A stretch of 63,903 bases of DNA, filler included, from 6 parts of 6 records of this genome joined end to end with filler, not necessarily neighbours in it; one strand, 5' to 3'; counted from the first letter of the whole stretch, positions 25,456 to 38,031 are shown. Notes: generated by a model from the letters alone, not told the origin. Numbers and translations: made by a program.

Positions 25456-26096
25456 AGATCGCCTATATCAATCCCAATTCGACCGCCAGCATGACCCAAG
25501 GCATCGTTGCAACTGCGCGCGCGGCCCTGCCTGAGGCCCAGATCTTTGGCCTGACAAATACATCCGCGCCCGCCGCCATTCAGGGCAAGGCAGATGGCGA
25601 TGCCGCCCTACCGGGCTTGTTGGCGCTATTGCCAGAGGCGCGGGCGCTGGGGGCGGATGCGATTGTGATTGCCTGTTTCGACGACACAGGCTTGGCCCAG
25701 GCGCGGGCGCGTGCCGGGTGCCCGGTGCTGGGCATCGGGCAGGCCAGCTTTGTGATGGCGGGGTTGCTTGGGCTGCGCTTTTCGGTGATCACCTCGCTGG
25801 CTGTGTCGATCCCGGTGATCGAGGGGAACATCCACGATCAAGGCTTTTCAGGGCATTGCGTTTCTGTGCGGGCAAGCGGGCTGCCGGTTTTGACCATCGA
25901 CAAAGGCGGCCCCGATGTGATCGACCATCTTGCCGCTGACATTTCTGCCGCCCAAACCCAAGGCGCTGCCTGCGCTATTTTGGGTTGTGCGGGTATGGCC
26001 CATCTTGCGCCGCAGCTGGGCGCGCGCGCGGGCATTCCGCTGATTGAAGGGGTTGGTGCATCTGCCAGGTTGGCCAGGGCCGTGGTGGGCAGATAG
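25452..26096 (+). CDS. Asp/Glu/hydantoin racemase family protein
   Basis: INPNST, IACFDD and LGCAGM. Confidence 0.9.
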   Translation: MKIAYINPNSTASMTQGIVATARAALPEAQIFGLTNTSAPAAIQGKADGDAALPGLLALLPEARALGADAIVIACFDDTGLAQARARAGCPVLGIGQASFVMAGLLGLRFSVITSLAVSIPVIEGNIHDQGFSGHCVSVRASGLPVLTIDKGGPDVIDHLAADISAAQTQGAACAILGCAGMAHLAPQLGARAGIPLIEGVGASARLARAVVGR

Positions 26097-26217
26097 GCCC
26101 CTGCCCGCGCATTTTATGATCTGGCCAAAGCCAGGGCCGCACAGGCAAAGCGTGTTTTTGATATAGATCAATTCCGGGCCATGGGTTGTGGGCTACATCC
26201 ACGGCTGGGAGGATAAC

Positions 26218-27177
26218 ATGATCAAAACACATGCTGTCAAAACACATGCTGATCGTGTCTTTGAAAGCCTGCGCAGCTCAACGGCTGCGGCAAGATCTGC
26301 TGTGGCTGCCTCGTGGCGGCGCAGTTTTGATCACTATGGGCTTGACCCAATGCAACGCACAGCCGCGCCTTTGCTGGATGAACGCGCGCTTTTGCGCCAA
26401 AAAGAGGCTGCTGGCCGGTTGATGCACATGGCCGAGCCGCGTTTGGACGCACTGTTTTCAATGATCGCCCATTGCGGTGCGGCGGTGTTTTTGACCGATA
26501 AGAACGGGGTGGTTTTGTCTGGGCGCACGCGCACGGGCGATCAGGCGGCCTTTCGCAGTTGGGGGTTAGAGCCTGGCCGCGACTGGAGCGAGGCCGCACA
26601 GGGCACGAATGGCATCGGCACCTGCCTTGCAGAAAGGCGCGCGGTGATTATCCACCGTGACGAACATTTCATGGCGCAAAACACCGCCATGAGCTGCATC
26701 GATGCGCCCGTTTTTGGGCCAGATGGCGCCTTGGTGGGGGCATTAGATGTGTCTTCTGCCCGGGCAGACCAGACCGAAAGCATGAACCAATTGATCGCCG
26801 CGATGGTGATCCGCCTGTCGATCCAGCTGGAAACCGACCTGTTTCGCGCCGAATTCAAAGACCACCGCATTTTGATGACGGGGCAGGAAACCACCGGGGC
26901 GCATCTTTTGGCGGTGGATTGTGATGATATCGTTATTGGCGCCACCCGGGCGGCGCGGCACGCGTTTGGGATTGCGCGCGAGGGCCAGTTTGACAAGCGG
27001 CCGCTGCGCGATTTGACGGGCGAGGCCTCGGTCGGGTTGCAAGGGGCTGAACGCGGTGCCGTTTTGCGCGCCATCACCCGGGCCGATGGCAACCTGTCAG
27101 AGGCGGCGCGCGCCCTGGGTATTGGGCGCGCCACGCTTTACCGGCGGATGAAACGGCTGGGGATCAGCGAAAAATAG
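26218..27177 (+). CDS. GAF + Fis-HTH activator (AcoR-like, lacking the AAA domain)
   Basis: [13 protein letters not shown] and [25 protein letters not shown]. Confidence 0.88.
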   Translation: MIKTHAVKTHADRVFESLRSSTAAARSAVAASWRRSFDHYGLDPMQRTAAPLLDERALLRQKEAAGRLMHMAEPRLDALFSMIAHCGAAVFLTDKNGVVLSGRTRTGDQAAFRSWGLEPGRDWSEAAQGTNGIGTCLAERRAVIIHRDEHFMAQNTAMSCIDAPVFGPDGALVGALDVSSARADQTESMNQLIAAMVIRLSIQLETDLFRAEFKDHRILMTGQETTGAHLLAVDCDDIVIGATRAARHAFGIAREGQFDKRPLRDLTGEASVGLQGAERGAVLRAITRADGNLSEAARALGIGRATLYRRMKRLGISEK

Positions 27178-27183
27178 GGATTG

Positions 27184-27203
27184 CTGTCTCAATTCTGAGA
27201 CAG
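27184..27203. promoter_or_regulatory. Probable binding site of the GAF-Fis activator
   Basis: Inverted repeat CTGTCTCA-ATTC-TGAGACAG upstream of the aldehyde dehydrogenase gene. Confidence 0.6.
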
Positions 27204-27316
27204 ATCACCGCCGCCGCCGCCCGCGGCTGGCTGACAGGCGGGCTGTGTCTGGTTTTCTGTGGCCCTGTCGCGGCCCCTTGGCGCGCGCATCGATAAAACC
27301 CAGGAGGAGAATTCAC

Positions 27317-28499
27317 ATGAACGAGATGACCGAGATTGCAACCAGCTACACCTCGCCCTTTAAACTGCGCTATGACAATTTCATCGGTGGCCGGTCTGTT
27401 GCGCCGGTGAATGGGCGGTATTTCGACAACATCACCCCCATCAGCGGTGAAAAAGTGTGCGAAGTTGCCCGCTCGGACGCGGCCGATATCGAGCTGGCGC
27501 TCGATGCTGCCCATGCCGCAAAGGGCGCGTGGGGCAAAACCTCGGCGGCTGAGCGTTCGAATATCTTGCTAAAAATCGCCGATCGGATCGAAGAAAACCT
27601 GGAACTGATCGCAACCGCTGAAACATGGGACAACGGCAAGCCCATCCGCGAAACCATGGCAGCCGATATTCCGCTGTCGGTCGACCATTTCCGCTATTTT
27701 GCCGGGGTTCTGCGCGCCCAAGAAGGCAATATGTCAGAGATCGACCATGACACGGTCGCCTACCATTTCCACGAACCTCTGGGCGTGGTGGGGCAGATCA
27801 TACCGTGGAATTTCTCGGTTTTGATGGCGGCGTGGAAACTGGCCCCTGCCCTGGCGGCTGGCAACTGTATTGTGCTGAAACCTGCCGAACAAACGCCTGC
27901 CGCGATCATGGTGTTGGTTGAAACCATCGCCGATCTTTTGCCGGCGGGCGTGCTGAATGTGGTGAATGGCTATGGCGCCGAGGTGGGCGCGCCGCTGGCC
28001 TCTAGCGCGCGCATCGCCAAGATCGCCTTTACCGGATCGACCGAGACAGGGCGCAAAATCATGCAGGCGGCCACGCAAAACCTGATACCGGTGACGCTGG
28101 AATTGGGGGGCAAATCGCCCAATATCTTCTTTTCCGACGTGATGGCCGAAGATGACGCCTTTCTTGACAAGGCGGTCGAAGGGTTTGTGCTATTTGCCTT
28201 TAACCAAGGCGAGGTCTGCACCTGCCCAAGCCGCGCCTTGATCCAAGAGGATATCTACGAAGAATTCATCAAACGCGCCATTGCCCGGGTCGAGGCCATT
28301 ACCCGCGGTGATCCGCGCGATATGAACACCATGGTGGGCGCTCAGGCCAGTGCTGAACAGCAGGAAAAAATCCTGTCCTACCTGAGCATCGGCGTAGAAG
28401 AGGGCGCCGAGGTGCTAACGGGTGGCAGCGCAGAAACCATTCCGGGGCTGGAAAACGGGTTTTATATCAAGCCGACCATCCTGAAAGGCCACAACAAGA
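27317..28499 (+). CDS. Aldehyde dehydrogenase (AldB/ExaC-like), 3' truncated
   Basis: [19 protein letters not shown] and NQGEVCTC. Confidence 0.95.
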
Positions 28500-28599
28500 N
28501 NNNNNNNNNNNNNNNNNNNNNNNNNNNNNNNNNNNNNNNNNNNTTAATTAATTAANNNNNNNNNNNNNNNNNNNNNNNNNNNNNNNNNNNNNNNNNNNN

Positions 28600-29121
28600 G
28601 GCATTCGGGATCTCGATGATCTTGTCGCATTTCATCACATCACACCGCACACGCGCCACGCGGGTGTTGGCCTTGTCGTTCATAAAGATGAAGCGACCGT
28701 CATACACCCCATCGGTGAACGACATATGGGGGTGGTGCAAATCGCCGTTGTCATACATTTCCTTGCCATTCGCGGCGAGGAATTCTTTGGTTTCCGGCAA
28801 CAGACCTTCGGTCAGGATTTTGCGCGACTCGTTTGTCTGACCCCAGCCAGTGGCAGAGCAGCGGTTGAAGACGGGCACGCGCATGAATTCACGCATGGAT
28901 GGCACACCAAGAATGCGCAATTCGCCTGTTTGGCCTGACGACCAGAAACCATAATAGTCGTCCAGTTCACCGGGCTCCAAGGCAACTTTGGCGGCCGCAC
29001 TGGCCTCTTTCGCGCTCATCAGGGTCGAGCCAACACCAGCGGCGGCGGCAACCGCGCCTGTGGCAGTCGCGCCCAGCAGGCCGCGGCGGGTGACGTTCAG
29101 TTTGTTTTCGTGATCCGACAT
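28600..29121 (-). CDS. nosZ: Nitrous oxide reductase, clade I (5' part)
   Basis: Tat motif [30 protein letters not shown] and DKANTRVAR. Confidence 0.97.
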
Positions 29122-29132
29122 GATTTCCTCCT

Positions 29133-31313
29133 TTAGGAAATAGGTGTCTGTTTGGCGTTTGGATGGTTCGCCGGGGGTTGCCCGAGAGGCATCTTGAGGT
29201 CAGCAGACCCAACCTTGGCGCGGCGTTTGACCTGTTTGATCACGACCGGGCATTTGCTCTCGGATTGATAGAGAACCTGACAGTGCAGGCAGTTTACGCA
29301 TTCGTTCGGGTTGATCTCGCCGGTGGGGTGGATCGCCTGAACGGGACACTCGTTAGAACACGTCTGGCAGGGGCTTCCGCATTCTTTGTAGCGCTTGAGC
29401 CAATCGAACATGCGGATCCGTGCGGGGATCGCCAGTGCACCGCCGAGCGGGCAGATGTAGCGACAGTAGAACCGTTCGATAAACAGGTTCGCCACCAGCA
29501 ACAGCACGGCAAAGACGACAAACGGCCAATCGCGCATGAACTTGAGGATGATTGCGGTTTTGAACGGTTCGATCTCGGCATAGGTTTCGGCCAGCGGGAT
29601 CGACACCATGCTCAGACCAAACAAACCCAAAAAGATCATGTACTTGAGCGGCCACAGACGTTCGTGCAAGCCCCAAGGCAGAGTCCATTGTGGTACGTTG
29701 AATGCGCGCGCAATCTTGTTGGTCAGTTCCTGCAAGGCACCGAACGGGCAAAGCCAGCCGCAATAGGCACCCCGCCCCCAAAAGAGCAGGGCAGCCGCAA
29801 TCGCGAACCATTGGATGAACACCAGCGGGTCCAGCAAGAAGGCATCCCAAGTGAACCCACCGCTGCGCAGGCTGCCAGCCAGCGCCATCAGGTTCACAAC
29901 CGACAGCTGGGCGTTGGCATACCAGCCAAGGAACACCAAAGAGACCGTCAGATACCCGATGCGGAACCAATAGAAGGCTCGGGCATTCATGGTCGCGTGG
30001 AACTGAAAGAAAAAGACCCCGGTCAGCACCAAAAGCATGACACCCAAGATTGCGATCTCGACTGTTTTGTCTTTCCAGATCCGTTGCCACAGGGCCGCCT
30101 TGGCTGCGGATTCATCTGTCGCGCTGTCGATTACCGCGGGCGCGGCAAGGGGCAGCAGATATTGTTCAGGCAGTTTGTAGCCCAGATCAAAGGTCAGGAA
30201 CGTCTTTTCGACCGCCCCCACTGCGCGCTGCGCCAGCAATTGCAGGCGGAACGGCTCGGCCGCGTCGAATTCTGCATCTGCGGGGATTTTAAACAGGTCC
30301 AGTTCAGTGAACGTTGGGCTGTCATCCGTGGCAAGATCCCCCAAACGGCGTTGCTGACGGTCAAAGAAGCGAACCGCGTTGTCGCCTTGGATCAACTGAA
30401 TGCGATCAAAGATACCGCCGCGCACATAGCCAGACCCTTTGAACGAATAGGCACCGCGCCCCAGAACCAAAATCGCCTGTTCACCGGGTTCTAGCCATTT
30501 GGTCAGATTGGCATATTCCGCCTCGCCCAACAGGGACAACCCGATTGAGGGCACGGAAACCAAGGCCACATGCATGTCGATATAAGTATCGTCAGGATCG
30601 CCGGGTTCGGGACGTTTGATCGCGCGCGCATCGCCGGTTGCCTCAAAGGCCGCGTTGATCTGGCCGATGTCCAGCGTCATCCGGCGTACAGAGCCATCAC
30701 CAGACAGCGTCGCCCAATCGTTGACCTCTTGGTTGGCCATATCGAGTTCGCGCTTGGGCCCGGTTGCAACCTGCGCAGACAAGCCCCCCAACCCAAGGGC
30801 GCGCGCCACTTTGATACCGCCCCGCACAAGGCTGTCGTCGATGATCATGATCGTCACGGTCGCGCCTGAAATGATATCCAGATCGTGCGCTTCACCGCCT
30901 GTTGCGGCTTCGGCTTTCAGGTCCAGACCTGTGTACCCTTCGGTCAGCGCGACCATTTTGGAATTTGGAATACCAATCAAGACGATCGGTTCTGAGTGTT
31001 TGACCAATTTGACCCCGGCCAACACCGCGTCATCATCAATGGCCGCAACCACATGGATCGGTTTGCCCGAATACCCGGTTGTTCCAACAAAATCAGAGGT
31101 CAGAAAGGCCCACGCGACCGTTTCACCGCCCTTAAGCACGGGGGCAACTTTGACGTCGTCTCGGACCGGGCCAAAAGCATCTGCTCCGGGCACTAGCTCA
31201 GCGGGTTCAATGTCAGGGAGAAAGCTGGCGAGGCTATCGGCTTGAGCGGTCAGTGCCGCGCAGCAGAAAGCGAAAGAGGCCAGTAAAATATGGATTGCGC
31301 GTCTTACGTCCAC
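29133..31313 (-). CDS. nosR: NosR FMN/Fe-S membrane protein
   Basis: [12 protein letters not shown] site, CGWLCP and CRYICP motifs, C-terminal 4Fe-4S motifs; upstream of nosZ. Confidence 0.96.
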   Translation of the reverse strand: MDVRRAIHILLASFAFCCAALTAQADSLASFLPDIEPAELVPGADAFGPVRDDVKVAPVLKGGETVAWAFLTSDFVGTTGYSGKPIHVVAAIDDDAVLAGVKLVKHSEPIVLIGIPNSKMVALTEGYTGLDLKAEAATGGEAHDLDIISGATVTIMIIDDSLVRGGIKVARALGLGGLSAQVATGPKRELDMANQEVNDWATLSGDGSVRRMTLDIGQINAAFEATGDARAIKRPEPGDPDDTYIDMHVALVSVPSIGLSLLGEAEYANLTKWLEPGEQAILVLGRGAYSFKGSGYVRGGIFDRIQLIQGDNAVRFFDRQQRRLGDLATDDSPTFTELDLFKIPADAEFDAAEPFRLQLLAQRAVGAVEKTFLTFDLGYKLPEQYLLPLAAPAVIDSATDESAAKAALWQRIWKDKTVEIAILGVMLLVLTGVFFFQFHATMNARAFYWFRIGYLTVSLVFLGWYANAQLSVVNLMALAGSLRSGGFTWDAFLLDPLVFIQWFAIAAALLFWGRGAYCGWLCPFGALQELTNKIARAFNVPQWTLPWGLHERLWPLKYMIFLGLFGLSMVSIPLAETYAEIEPFKTAIILKFMRDWPFVVFAVLLLVANLFIERFYCRYICPLGGALAIPARIRMFDWLKRYKECGSPCQTCSNECPVQAIHPTGEINPNECVNCLHCQVLYQSESKCPVVIKQVKRRAKVGSADLKMPLGQPPANHPNAKQTPIS

Positions 31314-31792
31314 AGCGCACCTCCGATGTTCTGGATTGATGCGATGGACGCGCGCAGGGCGCGTTCGGTGATATTTTGGGGCGCAACCGGCGGTCCGCGT
31401 GTGTCAGGCCAGTATTGCGCAGGATTGACGATCAGACATTGCGCTGCCTTTGACAGGTCATCGCGACCCACAGCGACATGCATATCTACCCGCGAGAGAG
31501 TGGACGGATCGGCGACATCAGCCAACGCACACAGCGCGCAGGCCTGACATTTAGGGCACGGATCCGTGACAGGTTCCGGTTGATCCCCGGAATAGTCGAC
31601 TTGGATCATAACCGGGCCTTGCTCGGCGCAAATCTCGATCCAAGCAGAATTGTTCGCTTGCGCGGCGACTGGAAACAAAAGCTGAAAGATCAATGCGAAA
31701 ATCGCCAAGCCACCGCACAGCGCGCGCAGCAAAGCGGGGCGCAAAAGTGCGTCCTTGGCTTGTGCAATGCGTTGTAGAGCGGACAGGGGCAT
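31304..31792 (-). CDS. DUF2946-like Cys-rich protein
   Basis: Hydrophobic N-terminus, IEICAEQG, CPKCQACALC and RGPP; start uncertain. Confidence 0.7.
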   Translation of the reverse strand: MPLSALQRIAQAKDALLRPALLRALCGGLAIFALIFQLLFPVAAQANNSAWIEICAEQGPVMIQVDYSGDQPEPVTDPCPKCQACALCALADVADPSTLSRVDMHVAVGRDDLSKAAQCLIVNPAQYWPDTRGPPVAPQNITERALRASIASIQNIGGALWT

Positions 31793-31850
31793 TCGAAGAT
31801 TCCAACGGGTTCAGTCCCCTGTTCCATAGAGGGGTCAGGAACCCTTGGAC

Positions 31851-31864
31851 TTGATCGAAGTCAG
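31851..31864. promoter_or_regulatory. Imperfect FNR/DNR box upstream of the nos operon
   Basis: TTGAT-CGAA-GTCAG versus consensus TTGAT-N4-ATCAA. Confidence 0.5.
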
Positions 31865-32148
31865 GCCAGGCCGAGATTTTTTGGAAAAAGCGACACATTC
31901 AAGTCTTTGTATTCATTGAATTCTCAAGCTCTTAATGTCAGGCTTTGGCTGGCTCAGAGCGCATTATCTCTCACTTCGCCAAGGGCTTAGAGCCATTGGA
32001 ACGCCTAACCGTAGGCTTCTGGTCCAAGGCGGTTTTTGCAGGAAGAAAAGCTAGGTGCGCTGCGGCGGTGTTTGGCCTAATTTAGATCGAAACAAGATAA
32101 GACGGGCCACCAGTGAGTGCGCTCAGGGCAATATAGGAATCGAGCAAC

Positions 32149-32853
32149 TTGGCATACGAATCACAAAAAATCGTCGCCCGAGAGTCGTTGCTGTTGCGAT
32201 CTTTACCCGACCCGCACGTGGACACATTGCTGAGTCAGGCGCGCTGGCAACATTATGATCGTGGCGAGAACATCTTTCTGCAGGAAGAGACCTCACAAGC
32301 GATCCACGTTGTGATTGATGGCTGGGTCAAACTGTTCCGCATTGCCCCAACTGGGTCCGAAGCCGTGGTCAGCGTCTTTACCCGGGGGGAAAGCTTTGGC
32401 GAGGCGGTCGCGCTGCGCAATTTGCCCTATCCGGTTTCGGCCGAGGCCGTCACCGCCTGCGAGGTCATGCATATCCCATCGTCTGCGGTCATTTCGCTGA
32501 TCAAACAGGACCCTGAAATCGGTGTCTCTATTTTGGCATCCGCCTTTACGCACCTACATTCGCTGGTTTCGCAGTTGGAACAACTAAAGGCCCGGACTGG
32601 GGCGCAACGGGTTGCGGAGTTCCTGTTGAACCTCTGCGCGCCTAACGCTCAGCAGTGTGACGTTACCCTGCCATACGACAAAATGCTGATTGCAGCGCGT
32701 TTGGGGATGAAACCCGAAAGCCTCTCGCGGGCGTTTATCCGGCTGAAGCCTGTCGGTGTGTCCGTCAAGAAAAACCATGCTGAAATCAGCGATACCGTTA
32801 AACTGCGTGAATACGCCGATGCCGACCCCGCATACAGTTGGAGCAAACCATGA
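32149..32853 (+). CDS. Crp/Fnr-family regulator (DNR/NnrR-like)
   Basis: cNMP-binding fold (GESFGEA) and HTH LGMKPESLSR; no N-terminal Cys cluster. Confidence 0.9.
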   Translation: MAYESQKIVARESLLLRSLPDPHVDTLLSQARWQHYDRGENIFLQEETSQAIHVVIDGWVKLFRIAPTGSEAVVSVFTRGESFGEAVALRNLPYPVSAEAVTACEVMHIPSSAVISLIKQDPEIGVSILASAFTHLHSLVSQLEQLKARTGAQRVAEFLLNLCAPNAQQCDVTLPYDKMLIAARLGMKPESLSRAFIRLKPVGVSVKKNHAEISDTVKLREYADADPAYSWSKP

Positions 32854-33413
32854 CCACACAGCTAGACACCGTTCTGAACGCAATTGACACCGCCAACGCA
32901 GCTGATCCCCGACAGGACGAAGGCCAGCCCGAGGCGCTGCTGTATGGCCATCGGATGAGCGCCGAGCTGGACCGCCTGTTCCCAGAGGCCAGTGATTTGC
33001 TGCGTATCGCGGCCCGCGGCCAACACGTCGAGCGGTGGACGCTGGCGCGCAGCGAATTCCCTGAGGGGCGCACCGGATATCTGACATGGCGCAAAGCGCT
33101 GGCTGTGCATCACGCCGACATCGTCACCGCCATGATGCAGGATGCCGGATATTCTGGCGATGATCGCGACACCGTCGGAGGGATGTTGCGCAAAGAAGGC
33201 ATCAAGCGCGACCCGCAGGTCCAAGCATTGGAAGACGTGATTTGTTTTGTGTTCCTGAAATGGTACTTTGCGCCCTTTGCCGCCAAGCACACGCCAGAGA
33301 AAATTCAACGGATCGTGGAAAAGACCGCACGCAAAATGTCAGCCAAAGAACGCGCGCGTGTTCTGGATGAATTTGACCTGCCCACAGACCTGGCCGATGC
33401 GTTCAAAATCTAG
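32850..33413 (+). CDS. DUF4202 protein
   Basis: IDTANAADP, AARGQHVERW, GYLTWR and LEDVICFVFL. Confidence 0.85.
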   Translation: MTTQLDTVLNAIDTANAADPRQDEGQPEALLYGHRMSAELDRLFPEASDLLRIAARGQHVERWTLARSEFPEGRTGYLTWRKALAVHHADIVTAMMQDAGYSGDDRDTVGGMLRKEGIKRDPQVQALEDVICFVFLKWYFAPFAAKHTPEKIQRIVEKTARKMSAKERARVLDEFDLPTDLADAFKI

Positions 33414-33564
33414 GGGAGCAACGCGCCAAATCTGGACCACCCTCGCGCCAGGATAAGAAAGGATGACTTTTTCTGGCGTTCTTTCTGTGGGTTACGATAG
33501 ACCCAATCCCAATCATCTCGTAAGCTAATTGGAATTTTTCCGATATCGTGCTTCAGGATTTGAA

Positions 33565-34785
33565 ATGGAACATTACGTCCTCTACCTTGCGATTGTCATT
33601 CTGGGATACTGCCTGTTTGCCGGCAAAATGTCCGAATGGGCGATCACCATGCCAATGGTTTTTCTGTCCTTTGGCATTTTCGTGGGGTTGCAGGGTATTA
33701 TCCTAAATCACGAAACGGCCGAACAATTTCACCTTTTGGCCGAGCTAACGCTTTCGATGTTGCTATTTGCCGACGCGACCCAATTGCGGCGCAGTGCGCT
33801 AGAGAAAGTCGGGGAACGCACCGCGCGCATGCTCTTGCTGGGTCTGCCCATCGCGATCCTGTTAGGGACCGTTTTGAATGTCATCCTGTTGCCAGATTGG
33901 CCCCTATGGGAGGCCTGTTTGCTGGCCGCCCTGCTGGCCCCCACCGACGCGGCCCTTGGGCAGGCCATTCAATCCAATCAGAAAATCCCGATCGCCTTTC
34001 GCAATGCCATGAATGCCGAAAGCGGGTTGAATGACGGCTTGGCGCTGCCGTTTGTGATCTTTTTTGCTGGCCTTGCGATTGAACGCACCGCCGAGGCGAA
34101 CGCAGACGGGACGCTGGCCCATCTTCTGGCCACTCAGATCGGGTTGGGCGCGCTGGCAGGCATTGCCGTTGGTTGCGCCGTTGGCATCGCGCGGAATTTC
34201 TCGCTGAAACATAAATTGATGGACGTAGGTTTGGCGCGGGTGGGCATTTTGGCTGCCGTGGGTGTCACCTATTTCGCTGCCGAACACATCGGCGGAAATT
34301 CGTTTGTTGCGGTTTTTGTTTCAGGCATTGCCTTTGCCAACACGGCCAAAGGCAGCGTGCACCAAGCCCGCGAATTTATCGAGGGCGACGGTCAGTTTCT
34401 GGCGATCCTCAGCTTTTTCTTTATCGGGGCTTTATTTGTGCCCGAAGCACTGAACCACGCGACCTGGGTCAGTTTGGTGGTTGTGTGTCTGTCGCTTGTT
34501 CTGGTGCGCCCAATCGCAATCTGGTTGTCTTTGATCGGAACCGACACTACCCCAAATGAACGGCTGTTTTACGGCTGGTTTGGGCCACGCGGGTTGGCCA
34601 CCGCCCTGTTTGCCGTTTTCGTCGCCATGGATTTCGAAGGGTTGACGCGGATCAATGATATCATGGTCATTTCCATGATGGCCGTTGTCGTATCCGCCTT
34701 TGTCCATGGTATTTCGGCCAAATGGGCCCCGCAGATTTTTCGCCTTGGCGCGGCGGCTCAATCAAACCATCAGGACCGCCCGTAA
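33565..34785 (+). CDS. Cation:proton antiporter (CPA1)
   Basis: LAPTDAAL, ESGLNDG and WFGPRGLA. Confidence 0.9.
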   Translation: MEHYVLYLAIVILGYCLFAGKMSEWAITMPMVFLSFGIFVGLQGIILNHETAEQFHLLAELTLSMLLFADATQLRRSALEKVGERTARMLLLGLPIAILLGTVLNVILLPDWPLWEACLLAALLAPTDAALGQAIQSNQKIPIAFRNAMNAESGLNDGLALPFVIFFAGLAIERTAEANADGTLAHLLATQIGLGALAGIAVGCAVGIARNFSLKHKLMDVGLARVGILAAVGVTYFAAEHIGGNSFVAVFVSGIAFANTAKGSVHQAREFIEGDGQFLAILSFFFIGALFVPEALNHATWVSLVVVCLSLVLVRPIAIWLSLIGTDTTPNERLFYGWFGPRGLATALFAVFVAMDFEGLTRINDIMVISMMAVVVSAFVHGISAKWAPQIFRLGAAAQSNHQDRP

Positions 34786-35480
34786 TGTTGGACATACGCA
34801 AAGAAAGCCAAAGCACCACCAATGGATATCATTGGAGCGCCCTGCTCATCATGTTGCTGGCTTCAATCCTTTTGGAGCCTCTGTTTGGGTCATCCTTTGC
34901 AATCGAGTTGACCAGCCTTGCTCTGATTGAACTGACCCTTGTTGGTGCCATTTTCTTTAGTCTGAAAGATCTGAGGGTCCGTCTGATCGGGGCTATCCTT
35001 ACCTTGATCTGGTTTGGATGCAGTCTGGCGGCGATGTTGAATGGGCACCTGAATGGGGTTGTCACGTTGATTTCGACGGGGATGATCATCGCCGCACCTA
35101 TCATGACCTTTCGGGCCTTGTTGGCCCGTGATCAAGGGGATTTTGAAACCTTGGTCGGTGGTGTGTTCGGCTATCTGTTACTGGCCGTGGTCTGGGCCAT
35201 GTTCTATTCTCATATGATCCGCTGGCAGCCCGGTTCGATCGAATTTGTTGGCGATCACGACCTCTGGACTTCGATGGTGTATTTCAGCCTCGTGACCCTG
35301 ACGAGCCTTGGGTATGGTGACATCTTGCCCATTCACCCCCTCGCCCGGATCGCAGCCGGATTGCAGGCGGTTGTTGGCGTTTTGTACATAGCCGTGATGA
35401 TCGGCAGCATTGTGGGCAACTATCGGATCGAAAAGTTTGAATCCGAAGAAGCCGACGCATCGACCACCCCCCCGAATTGA
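34785..35480 (+). CDS. Potassium channel family protein
   Basis: Selectivity filter YFSLVTLTSLGYGDI. Confidence 0.9.
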   Translation: MLDIRKESQSTTNGYHWSALLIMLLASILLEPLFGSSFAIELTSLALIELTLVGAIFFSLKDLRVRLIGAILTLIWFGCSLAAMLNGHLNGVVTLISTGMIIAAPIMTFRALLARDQGDFETLVGGVFGYLLLAVVWAMFYSHMIRWQPGSIEFVGDHDLWTSMVYFSLVTLTSLGYGDILPIHPLARIAAGLQAVVGVLYIAVMIGSIVGNYRIEKFESEEADASTTPPN

Positions 35481-35612
35481 CCGCCCGCGCCCTATTGGGG
35501 GGACATGACTGTGTTCAGCGCAGGCTGAGGCATGTCTTTTCTTGTGGGCAGTCATAGGGAACCGGTAAGGGCACGACGAGTGGAAGGGGGCGGATGCCCG
35601 CCCCGCCTCACA

Positions 35613-36434
35613 TCAGCTGTTGGGGCGCACGCGCGCCGCTGTCTTATCCGCAAAAGCCGCCAGACGTTCACGCGCGGCGGGCTGCGTATTCACAACCCCT
35701 GCAACAACCGCTTCGGAATAGGCCGCATCAAAGGACGACATGTTCTGCATGTGGCTGATGGCGGAACAGATGGCAAAGTTGGTCAGCGGCAGGTTTTGTG
35801 CGGCTCGGCGCGCCAATTCCATCGCCTTGTCCATGCTGGACCCTTCGACGATGTATTGTGCCAAACCGAGATCTACGGCTTCTTGACCCTGATACACACG
35901 CCCCGTGAGCATCATGTCGATCATACGTGCCTTGCCGACCAGATCGGCCACGCGAATGGTTGCGCCGCCTCCGGTAAACAACCCACGCTGCCCCTCGGGC
36001 AGGCCGAAATAGGTGGATTGATCCATCACACGGATATGGGCCGAGCTGGCCAATTCAAGACCACCGCCGACAACAGCACCTTGCAGGGCTGCAATCACAG
36101 GCACCCCACCATATTCCATTTTGTTAAACGCCTCGTGCCAACGCAAACACACATGCATGAAATCGGCGGGGCTGCGGTCCGCATCATGATGTTCGATCAG
36201 GTCGAGACCGGCGCAGAAGTGATCACCGGACCCCGCCAGAACCACCGCTTTGACCCCGGCGCGCGGTGCGGTGGCAAAGAAATCCACCAGCTCGTCAATC
36301 GTGGCCAGATCCAAGGCGTTGCGTTTCGTCGGGCGGTTCAGAGTTACAACCCAAACGCCGTCGTCATGGACATCAAAGGCGAGGTTTTCAAAGCGGGACT
36401 GGTCGATTTCAACGGTCATTTTCGTGTCTTTCAA
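35613..36434 (-). CDS. Crotonase/enoyl-CoA hydratase family protein
   Basis: [14 protein letters not shown] and LPEGQRG. Confidence 0.92.
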   Translation of the reverse strand: MKDTKMTVEIDQSRFENLAFDVHDDGVWVVTLNRPTKRNALDLATIDELVDFFATAPRAGVKAVVLAGSGDHFCAGLDLIEHHDADRSPADFMHVCLRWHEAFNKMEYGGVPVIAALQGAVVGGGLELASSAHIRVMDQSTYFGLPEGQRGLFTGGGATIRVADLVGKARMIDMMLTGRVYQGQEAVDLGLAQYIVEGSSMDKAMELARRAAQNLPLTNFAICSAISHMQNMSSFDAAYSEAVVAGVVNTQPAARERLAAFADKTAARVRPNS

Positions 36435-36505
36435 CTGAGTGCGGTCTGCGCCGCAAAATAGGGGGGATGCAAGGCGCCCATGGGTTTGGGCGCCGTTTTC
36501 AACGG

Positions 36506-37931
36506 TCAGAGAATAGCGGTCAAAAGGCTGTCACCGCCGTCGAGAATACGGTCGCGTTGTACCCCGGCATCGGTCAGGACGTGATCAGCATAGAACCGGG
36601 CAGAGGCCACTTTTGCCGCCATAAAGTCGGGATCTTCGCCCCGGGCGAGGGCTGCCTCTGCCACCAACAAAGCGCGTGCCAATTGCCAACCCGCAACCAG
36701 ATTACCCGCCAACATCAGATAGGGGACACCCGCACCGAATACCGAATTCATGTTCTCAGACGCTGTTTCGACCAAGTGTGCGACAACGTCCTGAAACGCC
36801 AAACGCGCAGCGCCTAGGCGTTTGGCGACGACCTGTGCCTGATCTGACCCTTTGGCCAATTCTTGTTCGGTTTCTTCGATCAAAGCGGCAAATTTCAACG
36901 CCGTCGCCCCGCGATCCCGCAGGGTTTTACGCCCAACCAGATCATTGGCCTGAATAGCTGTGGTGCCTTCGTAGATCGGCAGGATACGCGCATCGCGATA
37001 GTGCTGCGCCGCGCCGGTCTCTTCGATAAAGCCCATACCGCCATGGACCTGCACGCCCATCGAGGCGACCTCGACACCGGATTCAGTGCAATACCCTTTG
37101 ACCAAGGGCGTCAGGAATTCACCCATCGCGGTGGCGTGCGCGCGCGCCTCGGCCGTATCGGAATGACGGGCCAGATCCTGCCAGCCAGCCGCATAAGCCG
37201 CCATTGCACGGCCCCCTTCGGTCAACACCCGCATCCGTGCCAGCAAACGCCGCACGTCTGGGTGATGGACGATCGTAACCGCATCCCGCGATGATCCGTC
37301 CACGGGGCGGCTTTGCACCCGGTCATTGGCATAGGCCAGCGCCTGCTGGTAAGCACGTTCCGCGATTGCAACGCCTTGCAAACCAACGCCAAAACGGGCG
37401 GAGTTCATCATCTCGAACATATATTCGAGGCCTGAATTCTCTTCGCCGATCAGATAACCAGTCGCCTCTTCGAATTCCAGAACCGCCGTTGGGCTCGCTT
37501 TGATCCCCAGTTTGTGTTCGACACTGACACAGCGCACCGAGTTGCGCTCGCCCGGCGTACCCTCAGGCGTGACAAAGAACTTGGGCACCAAGAACAGGCT
37601 GATCCCTTTTACACCTGCGGGCGCATCCGGGGTGCGGGCCAGCACCAAATGCACGGTGTTTTCGGACATGTCATGCTCACCATAGGTGATAAAGATCTTG
37701 GTGCCCGAAACCGTATAGGTCCCGTCCTCTTGCCGGTTGGCCCGGCTGCGCAACAAGGCAAGATCGCTGCCCGCTTGTGGTTCCGTCAGGTTCATCGTGC
37801 CGGTCCATTTGCCGGACACAAGATTTTCAAGGTAGACCGATTTCATGTCGTCAGACCCTGCGGTCAACAACGCTTCGATCGCGCCATCTGTCAGCAAGGG
37901 GCACAGGGCAAAGCTCATGTTCGCGGCGTTC
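36506..37931 (-). CDS. Acyl-CoA dehydrogenase (5' truncated)
   Basis: [24 protein letters not shown] and IYEGT. Confidence 0.95.
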
Positions 37932-38031
37932 NNNNNNNNNNNNNNNNNNNNNNNNNNNNNNNNNNNNNNNNNNNNTTAATTAATTAANNNNNNNNNNNNN
38001 NNNNNNNNNNNNNNNNNNNNNNNNNNNNNNN

